64,000 bases of DNA, from NCBI GenBank assembly GCA_963764725.1, contig CAVXTM010000018.1, forward strand, positions 256,001-320,000, read 5' to 3'. The stretch is from an uncultured Gammaproteobacteria bacterium (lineage in GTDB: Bacteria; Pseudomonadota; Gammaproteobacteria; JACCXJ01). A program made the translations under genes and the position numbers. Positions 41,208 to 51,982 of this stretch are shown here, in pieces. The notes beneath the pieces are model-generated. The model worked only from the letters and a program-made list of their open reading frames with translations. It had not been told where the DNA came from and did no database searches. Each line of letters opens with the position of its first letter. Positions within the stretch are counted from its first letter, which is position 1.

Positions 41208-41803
41208 AGATCGCGGCGGCAGGCGATCGCGTGTGACAAGGTGGTACTATCGACGTATTCCAACTCACCCCCTACCGGGATGCCATGGGCAATTCGCGTC
41301 GCGCGCAGCCCAACCGCGCGCGCGACCTCACCGATATAATGCGCCGTGGCCTCGCCTTCGGCCGTGGCGCCCGTCGCGACGATCACCTCCTTGACCTCGC
41401 CGCTGCTCAGCAGGTTCTTTAACTTATCGATCCCGATGGCCTCCGGACCCACGCCATCGAGCGGCGACAGGCGGCCCATGAGCACGAAATACTTGCCCTG
41501 AAATGCCGCCGCTTGTTCGATCGATTGCACATCGGCTGGGTTTTCGACCACGCACAGTACGCTCGGATCACGCCTCTCGCTCGCGCAGATCGCGCACAGC
41601 GCTACCTCGCTGAGATTGCGGCACCTGTGGCAATAATTGACGCCGGCCATGGCCTCGATCAGCGCGCGGGCCAGGCGTTGGGCTCCCTCGCGGTTGCGCT
41701 CCAATAGGTGAAACGCCATGCGCTGCGCGGATCGCGGACCTACCGCGGGAAGACAGCGCAGGGCGTGGATCAGTTCCTCGATGAGCGGACTGTAGCGTTT
41801 CAA
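41204..41803 (-). CDS. recR: Recombination protein RecR
   Basis: HhH, C4 zinc finger, Toprim domain, GGELEYVD. Confidence 0.97.
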   Translation of the reverse strand: MKRYSPLIEELIHALRCLPAVGPRSAQRMAFHLLERNREGAQRLARALIEAMAGVNYCHRCRNLSEVALCAICASERRDPSVLCVVENPADVQSIEQAAAFQGKYFVLMGRLSPLDGVGPEAIGIDKLKNLLSSGEVKEVIVATGATAEGEATAHYIGEVARAVGLRATRIAHGIPVGGELEYVDSTTLSHAIACRRDL

Positions 41804-41851
41804 TTTCTAGGTTGAGCGCAAGGGTATTAACAACCGACTCCACGTATGAAT

Positions 41852-42175
41852 TTACATAGGGAGTGTGAACCCCGGAGGTAGGCCCATACCGGCGGTGAGA
41901 CCAGCCAGTTTGTCTTGACTCGCTTGCTCCACGCGCCGATTCGCGTCGTTGACGGCGGCTGCCAGGAGATCCTCAAGCATCTCCTTTTCTTCTTTGAGCA
42001 AGGCCGGATCGAGCGTAACCCTGCGCACGTCATGGCGCCCGGTCATGACCACTTTCACCATGCCCCCGCCGGATTCACCGATGATCTCGACGTTGGCGAG
42101 ATCCTCTTGGGCGCGCTTGAAATCCTCCTGCATTTTCTGGGCTTGTTTTAGTAGGTTACCGAAACCGCCTTTCAT
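41852..42175 (-). CDS. ybaB: YbaB/EbfC nucleoid-associated protein
   Basis: [23 protein letters not shown]; between dnaX and recR. Confidence 0.95.
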   Translation of the reverse strand: MKGGFGNLLKQAQKMQEDFKRAQEDLANVEIIGESGGGMVKVVMTGRHDVRRVTLDPALLKEEKEMLEDLLAAAVNDANRRVEQASQDKLAGLTAGMGLPPGFTLPM

Positions 42176-42309
42176 CTGGAGCCTCCTTAATATTTAGTCC
42201 CGGCGATGCCGCGGGGACCTTTGCAATGGGTTTTCCACGGACGCGGAATCGCGCCCCTGGGTCGGATACACCGTGACGGCAGGTTCATGGACGTAGCGTA
42301 TCGCATCTG

Positions 42310-43869
42310 TCAGTTTGCCCTGATCGTCGTCGGATCGACCTCCGCACCGAAGGCCTTTCGCAAGGCCCGGACATTGGGATCGTTTTCGAGCGCTTGTTGC
42401 GCCTGCGCGCGCCGCTTGCGGGCCGCTTGCGCCTCGAGGTCCGCCGGGCTTGCCCGCCCGGCGAGATCAGCGACGGAGATTTTCAAGCGGCTACCGCGCC
42501 CATAGTGGTTTTGCAGCGCCTCGGCTAATCTCGATTCGATGTTGTCATTGACCAGATGGCGTGCCGCCGGAGGCGCGACTAAGTGCAAGTCGGGTCCCAG
42601 GTGATCGGCCGGTACGCACTGCATCGCGAGCTCTCTCACCAAGCCGGAGAGTGCAAGTTCATCGATTAATTGTTGCCAGGCGCCGGCGTCCGCGCTTGCT
42701 GTTGCGGATGCTGTTACGATCCGTGTCTCCGCGGGCGCTGGAGTGAGCGTCTCGTTTCCGGCGCGCGGTTTCTCATTGCTCCCATCTTCGCGGGAGAAAG
42801 CGAGCATACGCAACATCACCATCTCAAAACCCCGCCTCGGGTTGGGCGTGAACGCCAGGTCGCGCCGGCCGATGAGCGCCGTTTGGTAGAATAGCTGGCA
42901 ATCCTCGGGCGTCAAGCACGTTGCCAGCACGCGGACCGCTTGGTCTTCGTCATCCGCGTTGACCTCGGCATCGGGGAGCACCTGACTCACCGCGATGCGG
43001 TGCAATATTCCAAGCACCTCTGCTAATGTCTGTTCAAAATCGGGCGTTAAGGCGGCCAACTGGTCAATCTGCCGCAGTAACCCCTGGGCATCTTGGTTCG
43101 CGAGAGTCTGCAACAAGCTAACTACTTGCCGGCGATCGACGGTTCCTAACATCCGGCCGATGTCGTCCGCGAGCAGGCTTCCGCCGCAGTAAGCGATCGC
43201 CTGGTCCAGCAAGCTCAACGCATCGCGCACGCTGCCATCGGCCGCCTCGGCGATCATTCGGCGTGAAGCCGAGTCACTCGACACGTTCTCCTCCTTCAGA
43301 ATGCGCTCCAACTGTTGCTCTAGGATCTCCTGGGGGATGCGTTTGAGGTTGAATTGCAAGCAGCGGGAGAGGATCGTGACCGGGAGCTTCTTGGGCTCGG
43401 TGGTCGCCAGCAGAAACTTCACATGCGGCGGCGGCTCTTCAAGCGTCTTCAGTAAGGCGTTGAAGCTGTGGTTGGAAAACATATGGACTTCGTCCACGAG
43501 GTACACCTTGAAGCGTCCTCGCGTGGGAGCGTAGGGGACGTTTTCCAGCAATTCGCGGGTCTCGTCGACGCGCGTGCGCGAGGCGGCATCCACTTCGATT
43601 AAATCGATAAAGCGCCCCTCGTCGATCTCAGTACAGGAGGTACAGGCGCCGCAGGGCTGGGAGCTTACCCCCGCTTCGCAGTTGAGGGCCTTGGCCAGAA
43701 TACGCGCGACGGTAGTCTTGCCGATGCCGCGCGTCCCGGTGAAAAGGTAGGCGTGGTGGATGCGGCCCGAATTCAGGGCGTTGGTCAACGCCCGCACGAC
43801 ATGATCCTGGCCGACCAGCTCCTCGAATCGCCGCGGCCGCCATTTGCGCGCGAGTACCCGGTAGCTCAT
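42310..43869 (-). CDS. dnaX: DNA polymerase III subunit gamma/tau
   Basis: LARKWRP, GTRGIGKTT, DEVHM, SRC. Confidence 0.97.
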   Translation of the reverse strand: MSYRVLARKWRPRRFEELVGQDHVVRALTNALNSGRIHHAYLFTGTRGIGKTTVARILAKALNCEAGVSSQPCGACTSCTEIDEGRFIDLIEVDAASRTRVDETRELLENVPYAPTRGRFKVYLVDEVHMFSNHSFNALLKTLEEPPPHVKFLLATTEPKKLPVTILSRCLQFNLKRIPQEILEQQLERILKEENVSSDSASRRMIAEAADGSVRDALSLLDQAIAYCGGSLLADDIGRMLGTVDRRQVVSLLQTLANQDAQGLLRQIDQLAALTPDFEQTLAEVLGILHRIAVSQVLPDAEVNADDEDQAVRVLATCLTPEDCQLFYQTALIGRRDLAFTPNPRRGFEMVMLRMLAFSREDGSNEKPRAGNETLTPAPAETRIVTASATASADAGAWQQLIDELALSGLVRELAMQCVPADHLGPDLHLVAPPAARHLVNDNIESRLAEALQNHYGRGSRLKISVADLAGRASPADLEAQAARKRRAQAQQALENDPNVRALRKAFGAEVDPTTIRAN

Positions 43870-43944
43870 AGGCCTCTCACGGCTCCGCTAGCCTCCGTAA
43901 TACGGGCGCAACGCGTTGCCTGAACTGGGCGCCGGGCTTTTTTG

Positions 43945-44058
43945 GGTGGCGGCCCGTGCCAGCCACGCCCCAGCACCCGCTCCGCTGCTGCCGCTGCTCC
44001 CTCTCGGGCCTGACGGGGTTCACAACCTCGCGTCGCGGGGGTACCGGCACGCGCCACC
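43945..44058 (-). ncRNA. ffs: Signal recognition particle RNA (4.5S)
   Basis: Long hairpin with domain IV core TCAGGCCCGAGAGGGAGCAGC (GAGA GNRA loop); upstream of dnaX. Confidence 0.88.
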
Positions 44059-44105
44059 ATGCTCTCACTATCATGCAGGCTGAAAAGTTCCGGATAGAGT
44101 ATGAT

Positions 44106-44198
<93 letters not shown>

Positions 44199-44702
44199 GG
44201 ATAAGCTCGTTTCAGCGGGCAAGCGACAATCTTTCCGATGTGGGTTTTATAGGGCTCGCTTTTGGAACGCATCGAGCGCCTGTCGCCCCGCTGTTTAAGC
44301 GCTCTGCCTCTCCGCTACCACGCAGGAAAGGGTAAACCAGAACCTTGGGCGGTGCAATTCGGTGCCTCGATGAAGCTTAAGCCCCCAGCCTGCGGGCTAA
44401 CGATAAGACCATAACAGCGCGGGTCATACCGGTGGGTGCGGGTCTAGCCGGACGCACGTGAGTATGAGACGCTAGGTCGCATCAGCCCTGACTTCCCGTG
44501 CGGAAGCGAGACTTGCTCATACGCACGCGCTTCGCATTCGCAGAGACGGTCTGGCGGGCGCCGCCGTACGAAGCGTGAGCTAAATCACGTAATGTGGCGC
44601 TCGATCAATATTTTAATAGCCCACCAGCCTAATATGTCCGTCCCCTTGGTGTCTCCGCACAGTGAGGTTTTGTGAACCAGGCGCCGATATTCTTCAAAAC
44701 CA

Positions 44703-47132
44703 TTGGGTAATGCCTTGAAGCTACGAGCGAAGATTCTCCTGACGCTGCTGCCATTAGTAATCGCGCCGCTGGCCCTCCTAGCGGCAATTGCGGCCAAGGA
44801 CCTGCAGCAGGCGAGGGAGCAGGCGATCGCGGCGCACCTGCTCGGGCCTATCGAGGCGGTGGCGTCACGCTTCCAGTGGACTATGCGCGGGGTGCGCAGG
44901 GACCTCACGGCGCTGGCTCGTCTGCATAACGACGCCGCGGAGAGCGGACCACAAACGCTGTATTCAGAAATCCAACGATCGTTTCTCCTCACTCAACAAA
45001 CCCGATCCGGCTACCTCGATCTCATGCACGTCAGCGAAAAAGGCGGGGTGAAGGTGCGTTCTCATCAAACGCCCGGGAGCAAGCGGTATGCCTCCCAGCC
45101 GGCAATAGCCGCCATGCTGAGGCATGAGACAGACGAATTCAGTACGCTGATATCCGTCGATAGTAAAACAAAGTGGGCTTTGTGGATTTCAAAACGCATT
45201 GCGATAAACGACCCTAATCGGCTCGTTGCGAGTCTGTCCCCGGGCTATTTCGTGGTGGTGGTCAGTCTGGATAGCCTGAGCGAAATCGCCGCGAATGAAT
45301 CACTGAGCGCGTCCTCGCGGCTACTCATTACCGACGGATCCGGCCATACCCTGTTGCAAATCCCACGGGCGAGCCCGACCATGTTAGGCACTCTTGAGGC
45401 CTCTGAGTTGCGACGCATAGCCTCGCAGCGAGAGAGGATCAGCGTCAAGGAAGAGGGGCAAGCGTGGTGGTTCACGGGCCATCAGCTGCACGGTGAATTG
45501 CTCGCGTTCATTGGCCTTCCTGAGGCGGCGCTCGAATCCACTCTACCGGCATTCGCCCCGCGGGTGATGTTGCTTGGATTGGCGTCGATCGCGGTCTTTA
45601 TCGTGCTTGGTTCGATGGTGCTGCGAGCCTTCCTAACACGTCCAGTGGAGGCACTCAAACAAGCGGCGGAACAGCTTGGCCAAGGAAGTAAACCGGTTGC
45701 GATTGATGTTCGCAGCAAGGATGAGCTCGGTGAGCTCGCGGATTTAATCAGCAACGTGGGCCGGGATTTGAAGCAATCGAGCGATAAAATTCGTTACTTC
45801 GCGTATCACGATAGCCTCACGCGCTTGCCGAACCGGCGCTTGTTCAGAGAATACCTGAAACACGCCCTAGCCCACGCGCGCCGCCGCGAGCAATCGCTGG
45901 CGCTATTGTTTCTAGACCTCGATGACTTCAAACGCGTCAACGACATGCTTGGCCATCAAGCCGGCGATGTGGTGCTGCGCGAGCTTTCAGGGCGGCTGCT
46001 AAACTGCGTGCGCGCGGACGATTACGTCGGCCGGCAGTTCCCGAATCCGGCCGAGGGCCAGACCGTAGCGCGCTTAGGCGGAGACGAATTCACTATCTTG
46101 TTACCGAGCATCAGTCTTCCTATCGAGGCCGCGACGGTGGCCGAGCGCGTGCTCAAGGCCGTGGAAACACCATTTCTTCACGGCAATACCGAGCTACATG
46201 TCGGGGCCAGCATCGGGATCACCATTTACCCGAATGACGGCATGGATGCCGATACGCTGATCAAGAATGCCGACATGGCGATGTACCATGCCAAAGAGCT
46301 AGGAAAGAATATCTATCAATTCTACCGCGAGGCCATGAACGTTGCGGCCGTCAAGCGTCATGCGCTTGAAAACGCATTACGGAAAGCCGTCGAGCGGAAT
46401 GAGTTGAAATTGGTCTATCAACCGCAGGTGGAACTGAAGAGCGGACGGATTGTGGCCGCCGAGGCGCTGTTGCGATGGCATCATCCGCACGAGGGCTTGA
46501 TCGGGCCGGAACGATTCATACCGTTAGCCGAAGAGACCGGGCTCATCGCTCCGATCGGAGAATGGATCATCCACTACGCTTGTCAGCAAGCCGGCGCTTG
46601 GCGGGCGGCCGGTCATCACGGATTGACCGTCGCTATCAACGTATCGGGCGTGCAATTCATCCGCCAAGATCTTGTGGCTCTGTTTCAATCCGCGTTACAC
46701 GAATCGGGACTGCCTCCCGAAGCGGTCGAAATCGAGCTCACGGAGACCTCAATACTCCGCGCCGAACAGTCTATCTTCAAGACGCTGCCGGCGCTTAAGG
46801 AGTTGGGAATCCGAGTGACTCTCGACGACTTCGGCACCGGCCGTTCGTCCCTAAGTTACCTCAGGCAACTGCCTGTCGATAAGCTCAAGATTGATACAAG
46901 TTTCGTTCGCCATATCACCGTGGATCCGAAAGACGCCGCCATCGTTTCCGCTATACTAGCCATGGCCGAGAATCTCAAAATCCCGGTGGTGGCCGAGGGC
47001 GTCGAAACCGACGCGCAGGTTGAATTCCTTCGGCGAAGGAACTGTTCCTATATTCAGGGATATATCATCAGCCGGCCCGTATCCGGAGATGTCCTGCCGT
47101 CGATGCTTGCCCAGGCCGCGGTCAGGGCGTAA
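44703..47132 (+). CDS. Membrane sensor HAMP-GGDEF-EAL diguanylate cyclase/phosphodiesterase
   Basis: Two TM segments, HAMP (DELGELA), intact GGDEF, EALLRW, DDFGTG. Confidence 0.93.
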   Translation: MGNALKLRAKILLTLLPLVIAPLALLAAIAAKDLQQAREQAIAAHLLGPIEAVASRFQWTMRGVRRDLTALARLHNDAAESGPQTLYSEIQRSFLLTQQTRSGYLDLMHVSEKGGVKVRSHQTPGSKRYASQPAIAAMLRHETDEFSTLISVDSKTKWALWISKRIAINDPNRLVASLSPGYFVVVVSLDSLSEIAANESLSASSRLLITDGSGHTLLQIPRASPTMLGTLEASELRRIASQRERISVKEEGQAWWFTGHQLHGELLAFIGLPEAALESTLPAFAPRVMLLGLASIAVFIVLGSMVLRAFLTRPVEALKQAAEQLGQGSKPVAIDVRSKDELGELADLISNVGRDLKQSSDKIRYFAYHDSLTRLPNRRLFREYLKHALAHARRREQSLALLFLDLDDFKRVNDMLGHQAGDVVLRELSGRLLNCVRADDYVGRQFPNPAEGQTVARLGGDEFTILLPSISLPIEAATVAERVLKAVETPFLHGNTELHVGASIGITIYPNDGMDADTLIKNADMAMYHAKELGKNIYQFYREAMNVAAVKRHALENALRKAVERNELKLVYQPQVELKSGRIVAAEALLRWHHPHEGLIGPERFIPLAEETGLIAPIGEWIIHYACQQAGAWRAAGHHGLTVAINVSGVQFIRQDLVALFQSALHESGLPPEAVEIELTETSILRAEQSIFKTLPALKELGIRVTLDDFGTGRSSLSYLRQLPVDKLKIDTSFVRHITVDPKDAAIVSAILAMAENLKIPVVAEGVETDAQVEFLRRRNCSYIQGYIISRPVSGDVLPSMLAQAAVRA

Positions 47133-47227
47133 TTCTTTATTAGCAAACCGTAGCGGCAGCAATGAGCCCCCCGCGCCCTTCGCCAGGGACGCGCAATGAT
47201 AGTAGTTCATCATCGAACCGACACGAT

Positions 47228-47848
47228 CTACGCCCGCCCCATGCTCCCGAGGTGCGTTCTCAAGACACCGACGACGATCCCCTCAATGACAAGGGAGTCG
47301 TCACGCATATCGACTTCGACGGGGGTGAACTCTGGGTTCTCGGGGAGAAGCCGTACCTGATTACCACGGCGGCGGAAGCGTTTGACGGTAATCTCCTCTC
47401 CCAGACGGGCCACGACGATCTGCCCGCTCGCGGCCTCGGGTGTGGCATGAACGGCTAGGAGGTCGCCGTTCTGGATCCCGGCATCCCGCATGCTCAATCC
47501 TCGCACCCGCAGGAAGAAATCGGCCGCGGGATCGAATATGTCCGGGTCTATGGCGCAGTGGCTTTCGATGTTTTCCTCGGCGACGAGGGGGACGCCCGCG
47601 GCAACCCGGCTCACAACCGGGATCCCGGCCGGCCCTTCGGTTAACACCTGTATGCCGCGAGAGGCCCCTGGTAGAAGCCTGATCGCACCTTTGCGCTCGA
47701 GCGCTCTGAGGTGGTCCTCGGCCGCATTCGGAGAGCGAAAACCAAGCTTGCCTGCGATCTCGGCGCGCGTGGGTGGAAATCCTTTAGAGGCCATAAACCT
47801 GCGGATCATCTTAAGGATTTGAGCTTGACGTGACGTAAGTTTTTCCAT
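47228..47848 (-). CDS. lexA: SOS repressor LexA
   Basis: [12 protein letters not shown] cleavage site, GLSM catalytic Ser, TVKR catalytic Lys. Confidence 0.97.
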   Translation of the reverse strand: MEKLTSRQAQILKMIRRFMASKGFPPTRAEIAGKLGFRSPNAAEDHLRALERKGAIRLLPGASRGIQVLTEGPAGIPVVSRVAAGVPLVAEENIESHCAIDPDIFDPAADFFLRVRGLSMRDAGIQNGDLLAVHATPEAASGQIVVARLGEEITVKRFRRRGNQVRLLPENPEFTPVEVDMRDDSLVIEGIVVGVLRTHLGSMGRA

Positions 47849-47863
47849 AGTAATATCGTCTGA

Positions 47864-47879
47864 CTGTCTTTAAACACAG
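47864..47879. promoter_or_regulatory. LexA (SOS) box
   Basis: CTGTCTTTAAACACAG fits CTGT-N8-ACAG, 15 bp upstream of the lexA start. Confidence 0.85.
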
Positions 47880-48032
47880 CCTATTTTAGCCGCTATTGGC
47901 AGGAAAGCAAGCCCATTCGTTCCTGGATATAAAAATATTTGCATATTGCTCCAGGGGCAAACGCTCTTAAAACACGTCCTTCTATCCACTAAGTTGTTAT
48001 TTATACGTGAGTTTACAAATTGAATCCACAAG

Positions 48033-49385
48033 CTATGCTTCCACCCGGCGTAGGGTCACGAATTCCTCCGCCAGCGTGGGGTGTATGCCCAAGGTGGCAT
48101 CGAACACCGCCTTGGTGGCCCCGGCCTTGAGAGCGATGGCGATGCCTTGGATCACTTCGGCGGCCTCCGGCCCCACCATATGGGCGCCGACCACCCGATC
48201 GCTCGGCGCCGCGACGATGAGCTTCAGAAAAGCCCGCTCGTCACGTCCGGAGAGGGTGTATTTCAGGGGCGTAAACTGCGTCTTATAGACCTTGATCTGA
48301 TCAAAACGCGCGCGGGCGCCCGCCTCCGTGAGGCCGACGGTGGCGAGCTCTGGCTGACTGAACACGGCCGTCGGGATATTGCCGTAATCGACCCCGTGCG
48401 CTGCGTTTCCGAAGAGACAACGGCTCACCGCCATGCCCTCGGCTATGGCTAGCGGCGTTAGTCGGACGCGATCAATGACATCGCCGATGGCATAGACGGA
48501 TGAAACCGAGGATCGATACTCATCGTTTACCACGATTGCGCCGCTTTCGGTCCTGGCGATGTCCAGGGCGTCGAGACCAAGTCCGCTTACCTGCGGGACC
48601 CGTCCGATCGCATACATCACAAGCTCCGCTTCGAGGTCCTCGCCGGTGCCGAGAGACACACGCGAACCGCCCGGGATGCGCGTGAGTGCGTTTACTTCGG
48701 TATTAAACCTGAACGAAACTCCTTTGTTTTGCATCTGCTCCGCCAAGAAACCGCGCGCATCGTCATCGAAGCTCCGAAGAAACAGGGGCCCCCGATGCAG
48801 GAGCGTGGTATGCACTCCCATCCCATTGAAAATGCCAGCGAATTCGACGGCAATGTAACCTCCGCCGACGATCACAATGCGTTTGGGAAAATGCGGGAGC
48901 GAGAAAGCTTCGTCGGAGGTAACCGCAAGCTCCTGCCCGGGAATGTCCGGACGCTTCGGCCGGCTCCCGGTCGCGATGAGAATGAAACCTGCTGTGTAGC
49001 GCGCCTCATCGACCGCGACCGTATGCGCATCCACCAATCGGGCGCGCCCGTGGATGATCGTCACGCCGGCTGCGCGCAACAGGCGTCCATAATGTTGCCG
49101 CAGCCTAGCGACTTGCGCGTCCTTATTGGCGATCAACCGGCCCCAATCGAAAGCCGGTTCTCGTACGCTCCAGCCATATGCGGGGGCCTCACTCAGGTCG
49201 TCGCGATAGTGAGCTCCATAGACGAGGAATTTCTTAGGAACACAACCCAAATTAACGCATGTGCCCCCGAGTTGGCGTGGCTCCGCGATCGCAACGCGCG
49301 CGCCGAGCTCGGCGGCGGTGCGCGCCGCGCGTATGCCCCCGGAACCGGCGCCGATGACAAACAAGTCAAGGTTGTAACCGGACAT
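48033..49385 (-). CDS. gor: Glutathione-disulfide reductase
   Basis: GAGSGG, GGTCVNLGCVPKK, GGGYIAVEFA, IHPTLAEEFV. Confidence 0.93.
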   Translation of the reverse strand: MSGYNLDLFVIGAGSGGIRAARTAAELGARVAIAEPRQLGGTCVNLGCVPKKFLVYGAHYRDDLSEAPAYGWSVREPAFDWGRLIANKDAQVARLRQHYGRLLRAAGVTIIHGRARLVDAHTVAVDEARYTAGFILIATGSRPKRPDIPGQELAVTSDEAFSLPHFPKRIVIVGGGYIAVEFAGIFNGMGVHTTLLHRGPLFLRSFDDDARGFLAEQMQNKGVSFRFNTEVNALTRIPGGSRVSLGTGEDLEAELVMYAIGRVPQVSGLGLDALDIARTESGAIVVNDEYRSSVSSVYAIGDVIDRVRLTPLAIAEGMAVSRCLFGNAAHGVDYGNIPTAVFSQPELATVGLTEAGARARFDQIKVYKTQFTPLKYTLSGRDERAFLKLIVAAPSDRVVGAHMVGPEAAEVIQGIAIALKAGATKAVFDATLGIHPTLAEEFVTLRRVEA

Positions 49386-49503
49386 CCTGTGCGCGCCTAC
49401 TCATGGGTATAACACAGTGGCATCGAACGCCGCCCGAAGAGTACTGGACGCGCGTAGCTCTCGAGACCGGTCATGCCGTGTGCGCCCCCCCGCAAGGGAC
49501 GAT

Positions 49504-50547
49504 CTAAGGTGTTCCCGTGCAAAAAGCGGCGAGCACCTCGATGCAATTGGCCATCGCGCCCAGGTGCGCGATCTCATATCCGTGCGTGTTCTGCGTCGGG
49601 AATCCTAGGCAAGCCGCGCGTCCGATATGACCGAATTTCATGGCGAGCGACGCATCGCTACCGAATCCGCTGATGGCGGCTAGCTGCAGTGGCACGTTGC
49701 TCCTTGCCGCGGCTTGCCGCAGATCCCTATTGAGGCTTTCGTCGTAGAGTCCGTGCCCATCTTGAGAGAGTAACACCGGGGCAATCCCATCTTCGATCGG
49801 GTACTCGGGCGCCAAGGGACAGATCTCAAGTGCGATCAGCGCATCGAGCGGCTGTCGTTGCGTGAAGAAAAGCGCGCCCAGTGCGCCGACCTCTTCCTTA
49901 GCGGAGGCCACAAGATAGATGTCGCGCCCGCACTCCCGTAATTGCTCCGCCAGTACCAACAGAATTGCGATCGACGCCTTGTTGTCCAGGGTATAACTGG
50001 CGATATAGTCCTTGATCCGGAAAGGCCGCTTGCGGTGCTTGCCCACTACCATGCGCGTCCCAGGCCGAACGCCCGCCTCGCGCAGTTCACGCGCGCCGCA
50101 TTTGGTTTCGACCCAGACATCTTGCCAGCGCAACGGGGTCTCATCTTGTTTTGCCTTCTGCGGCGATTCGTGCGAAACATGACGGGAGCCGAACGACAGT
50201 ACCCCGCTAACAACAGCGGCGTCCCCGAGTAAGTCCACGACGCCTTCTCCATAAACCCACGGGAAGGCCCCTCCCAATGCGCGTACGTTGACGCGCCCGT
50301 CGGCACGCACCGTTTTCACGATCGCTCCGATCTCATCCTTGTGCGCGGTGACGGCGATCGCGCCCTCATTGCGCCCCGAAACCTTGACGATAATGTTACC
50401 GGCCGGGTCTTGAACCACCTCGTGGCCATACTCTCGCAATCTGTAAAGCAGAAATTCATCGATTTCGCCTTCCACCCCACTCGGCGAGTGATGCATAACC
50501 AGAGTTTCGATCTCCGTGAACAATCGATCGTAGGATACGGACGGCAT
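49504..50547 (-). CDS. M42-family metallopeptidase
   Basis: SPSGVE, AHKDEIG, LDNK, EEVG, NTHGYE. Confidence 0.88.
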   Translation of the reverse strand: MPSVSYDRLFTEIETLVMHHSPSGVEGEIDEFLLYRLREYGHEVVQDPAGNIIVKVSGRNEGAIAVTAHKDEIGAIVKTVRADGRVNVRALGGAFPWVYGEGVVDLLGDAAVVSGVLSFGSRHVSHESPQKAKQDETPLRWQDVWVETKCGARELREAGVRPGTRMVVGKHRKRPFRIKDYIASYTLDNKASIAILLVLAEQLRECGRDIYLVASAKEEVGALGALFFTQRQPLDALIALEICPLAPEYPIEDGIAPVLLSQDGHGLYDESLNRDLRQAAARSNVPLQLAAISGFGSDASLAMKFGHIGRAACLGFPTQNTHGYEIAHLGAMANCIEVLAAFCTGTP

Positions 50548-50683
50548 GACTTAGAATAACACGAGCACGGGGGGACGGTTCGTCTCTGTCGAATCAATGC
50601 ACTATGATATACGGGAGCATGTGCGCTGTGAGTGCAAGGTTGGCATTCTTCGCCCCGGATGTGACTGCCCATCAACGTAGCCG

Positions 50684-51121
50684 ATGAAATACACACGGTT
50701 TGCTATTAACATCCTCGAAAACGATCGCAACGAAATTCTGCTTCTCAAACGGTCCCTGCACCTAAGCCTCGGTCCAGGACAATGGGGATTCCCGGCCGGT
50801 CATATCGAGCCCGATGAAACGCCGGAGACGTGCTCCATACGCGAGTTAAGGGAGGAGCTAGGCCCCCATCATCGGCTCGTACCCGTGCGCAAGCTCGGCC
50901 CGGTTCGGGACACCTTTTATGGCGGTAAGTTCGAGATTTTCTTACTTCATTACCGGTGGCAGCGTGGAAACATCGAGCTCAACAACGAGCACACCGGCTA
51001 TGCTTGGGTCGGGCGAGAAGCCTATCGCAGTTACGAGGTCGTCGATGGAAGCGACGAGGACCTTGATTATTTCGGGATCTGGCCGCGGTCGTACTTAAAC
51101 AAAGACAAGCTACCCGGCTGA
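50684..51121 (+). CDS. NUDIX hydrolase
   Basis: Nudix box GHIEPDETPETCSIRELREELG. Confidence 0.9.
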   Translation: MKYTRFAINILENDRNEILLLKRSLHLSLGPGQWGFPAGHIEPDETPETCSIRELREELGPHHRLVPVRKLGPVRDTFYGGKFEIFLLHYRWQRGNIELNNEHTGYAWVGREAYRSYEVVDGSDEDLDYFGIWPRSYLNKDKLPG

Positions 51122-51327
51122 TCGGAGCATGATAGAGAACGGGGGCACACACGCGGAGATCCCCGAAACGCCGTGCAATTTTTCACTACACAGTCTAAAG
51201 TAACTAAAGTAAGTGTGTGAACATGGTTTACAACCTTACCAAGAATCTGGACGGCAACCGGCAAAATGCGAACCGTTTTTAATACGTAATCTTCATTTGC
51301 TGCATAAACACGAGCGAGGTGAGCACC

Positions 51328-51519
51328 ATGCAAAGATTCATCTACGGCCTGTTGTTGGTGATGTTATTGAGCGCATGTGGAAAGAAGGAACCAGAAGCGC
51401 AAGTATGCGGCGGTATCACGGGGAAGCAGTGTCCTGCCGGCCAAACCTGTATTGATGATCCCAGCGATACCTGCGACCCGCAGAAAGGCGGGGCGGATTG
51501 CCAAGGGATCTGTAAATAG
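51328..51519 (+). CDS. Small cysteine-rich lipoprotein
   Basis: RBS GAGGTGA, lipobox LLSAC, six-Cys domain CGGITGKQCPAGQTCIDDPSDTCDPQKGGADCQGIC. Confidence 0.8.
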   Translation: MQRFIYGLLLVMLLSACGKKEPEAQVCGGITGKQCPAGQTCIDDPSDTCDPQKGGADCQGICK

Positions 51520-51631
51520 CTCAAGCTCGGCTGGCTTCAACGAAGTTGTCCAACCGGCGGACGGTACGGCGCCGACCGCCCGCCGGCACGCGCACGACCC
51601 GACGCGGGGTTTTTGAACCCCTCGTTTCTGC

Positions 51632-51661
51632 GGCGGATTGCCCTGCGTGTATCCGCCCTAT
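51632..51661 (-). repeat. REP-like palindrome
   Basis: ATAGGGCGGATACACGCAGGGCAATCCGCC, stem GGCGGAT/ATCCGCC; similar to 59856-59886. Confidence 0.55.
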
Positions 51662-51677
51662 CAGTCGGCCTTACGCC

Positions 51678-51956
51678 TTATAGTTCCAGCTTGTCGTCGG
51701 GAACGAGTCGGACGGTGTAGGCATCAACAAACATTACGGCGATGAGCCAGCCGATTAAGAAAAGAGGAGTCGGGAAAAGAGGAGTCGCTATGAATAAAAA
51801 GATCCCGGAAAAAAAGAGAACCGAGATGACAAAAAATTGCCTGTCGATCGATCGCGTTAACCTCGTTCCGCAACGATCACAGCGCAAGGGTGACCAACGG
51901 GAGATTAGCCAGACTTTAAGAGGGGATAGCTTATTGTTACATTTTGGGCATTGCAT
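51678..51956 (-). CDS. Small zinc-ribbon plus two-TM hypothetical protein
   Basis: CPKC...CDRC followed by two hydrophobic helices; RBS-like AGGA upstream. Confidence 0.7.
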   Translation of the reverse strand: MQCPKCNNKLSPLKVWLISRWSPLRCDRCGTRLTRSIDRQFFVISVLFFSGIFLFIATPLFPTPLFLIGWLIAVMFVDAYTVRLVPDDKLEL

Positions 51957-51982
51957 AGGGGTACCATCCTGACTGAAAAGGT

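Noticed and set aside
44199-44702. Possible ncRNA or c-di-GMP riboswitch in the 500-bp gap before the GGDEF-EAL gene
   Set aside because: No GEMM or other recognisable consensus found by eye.
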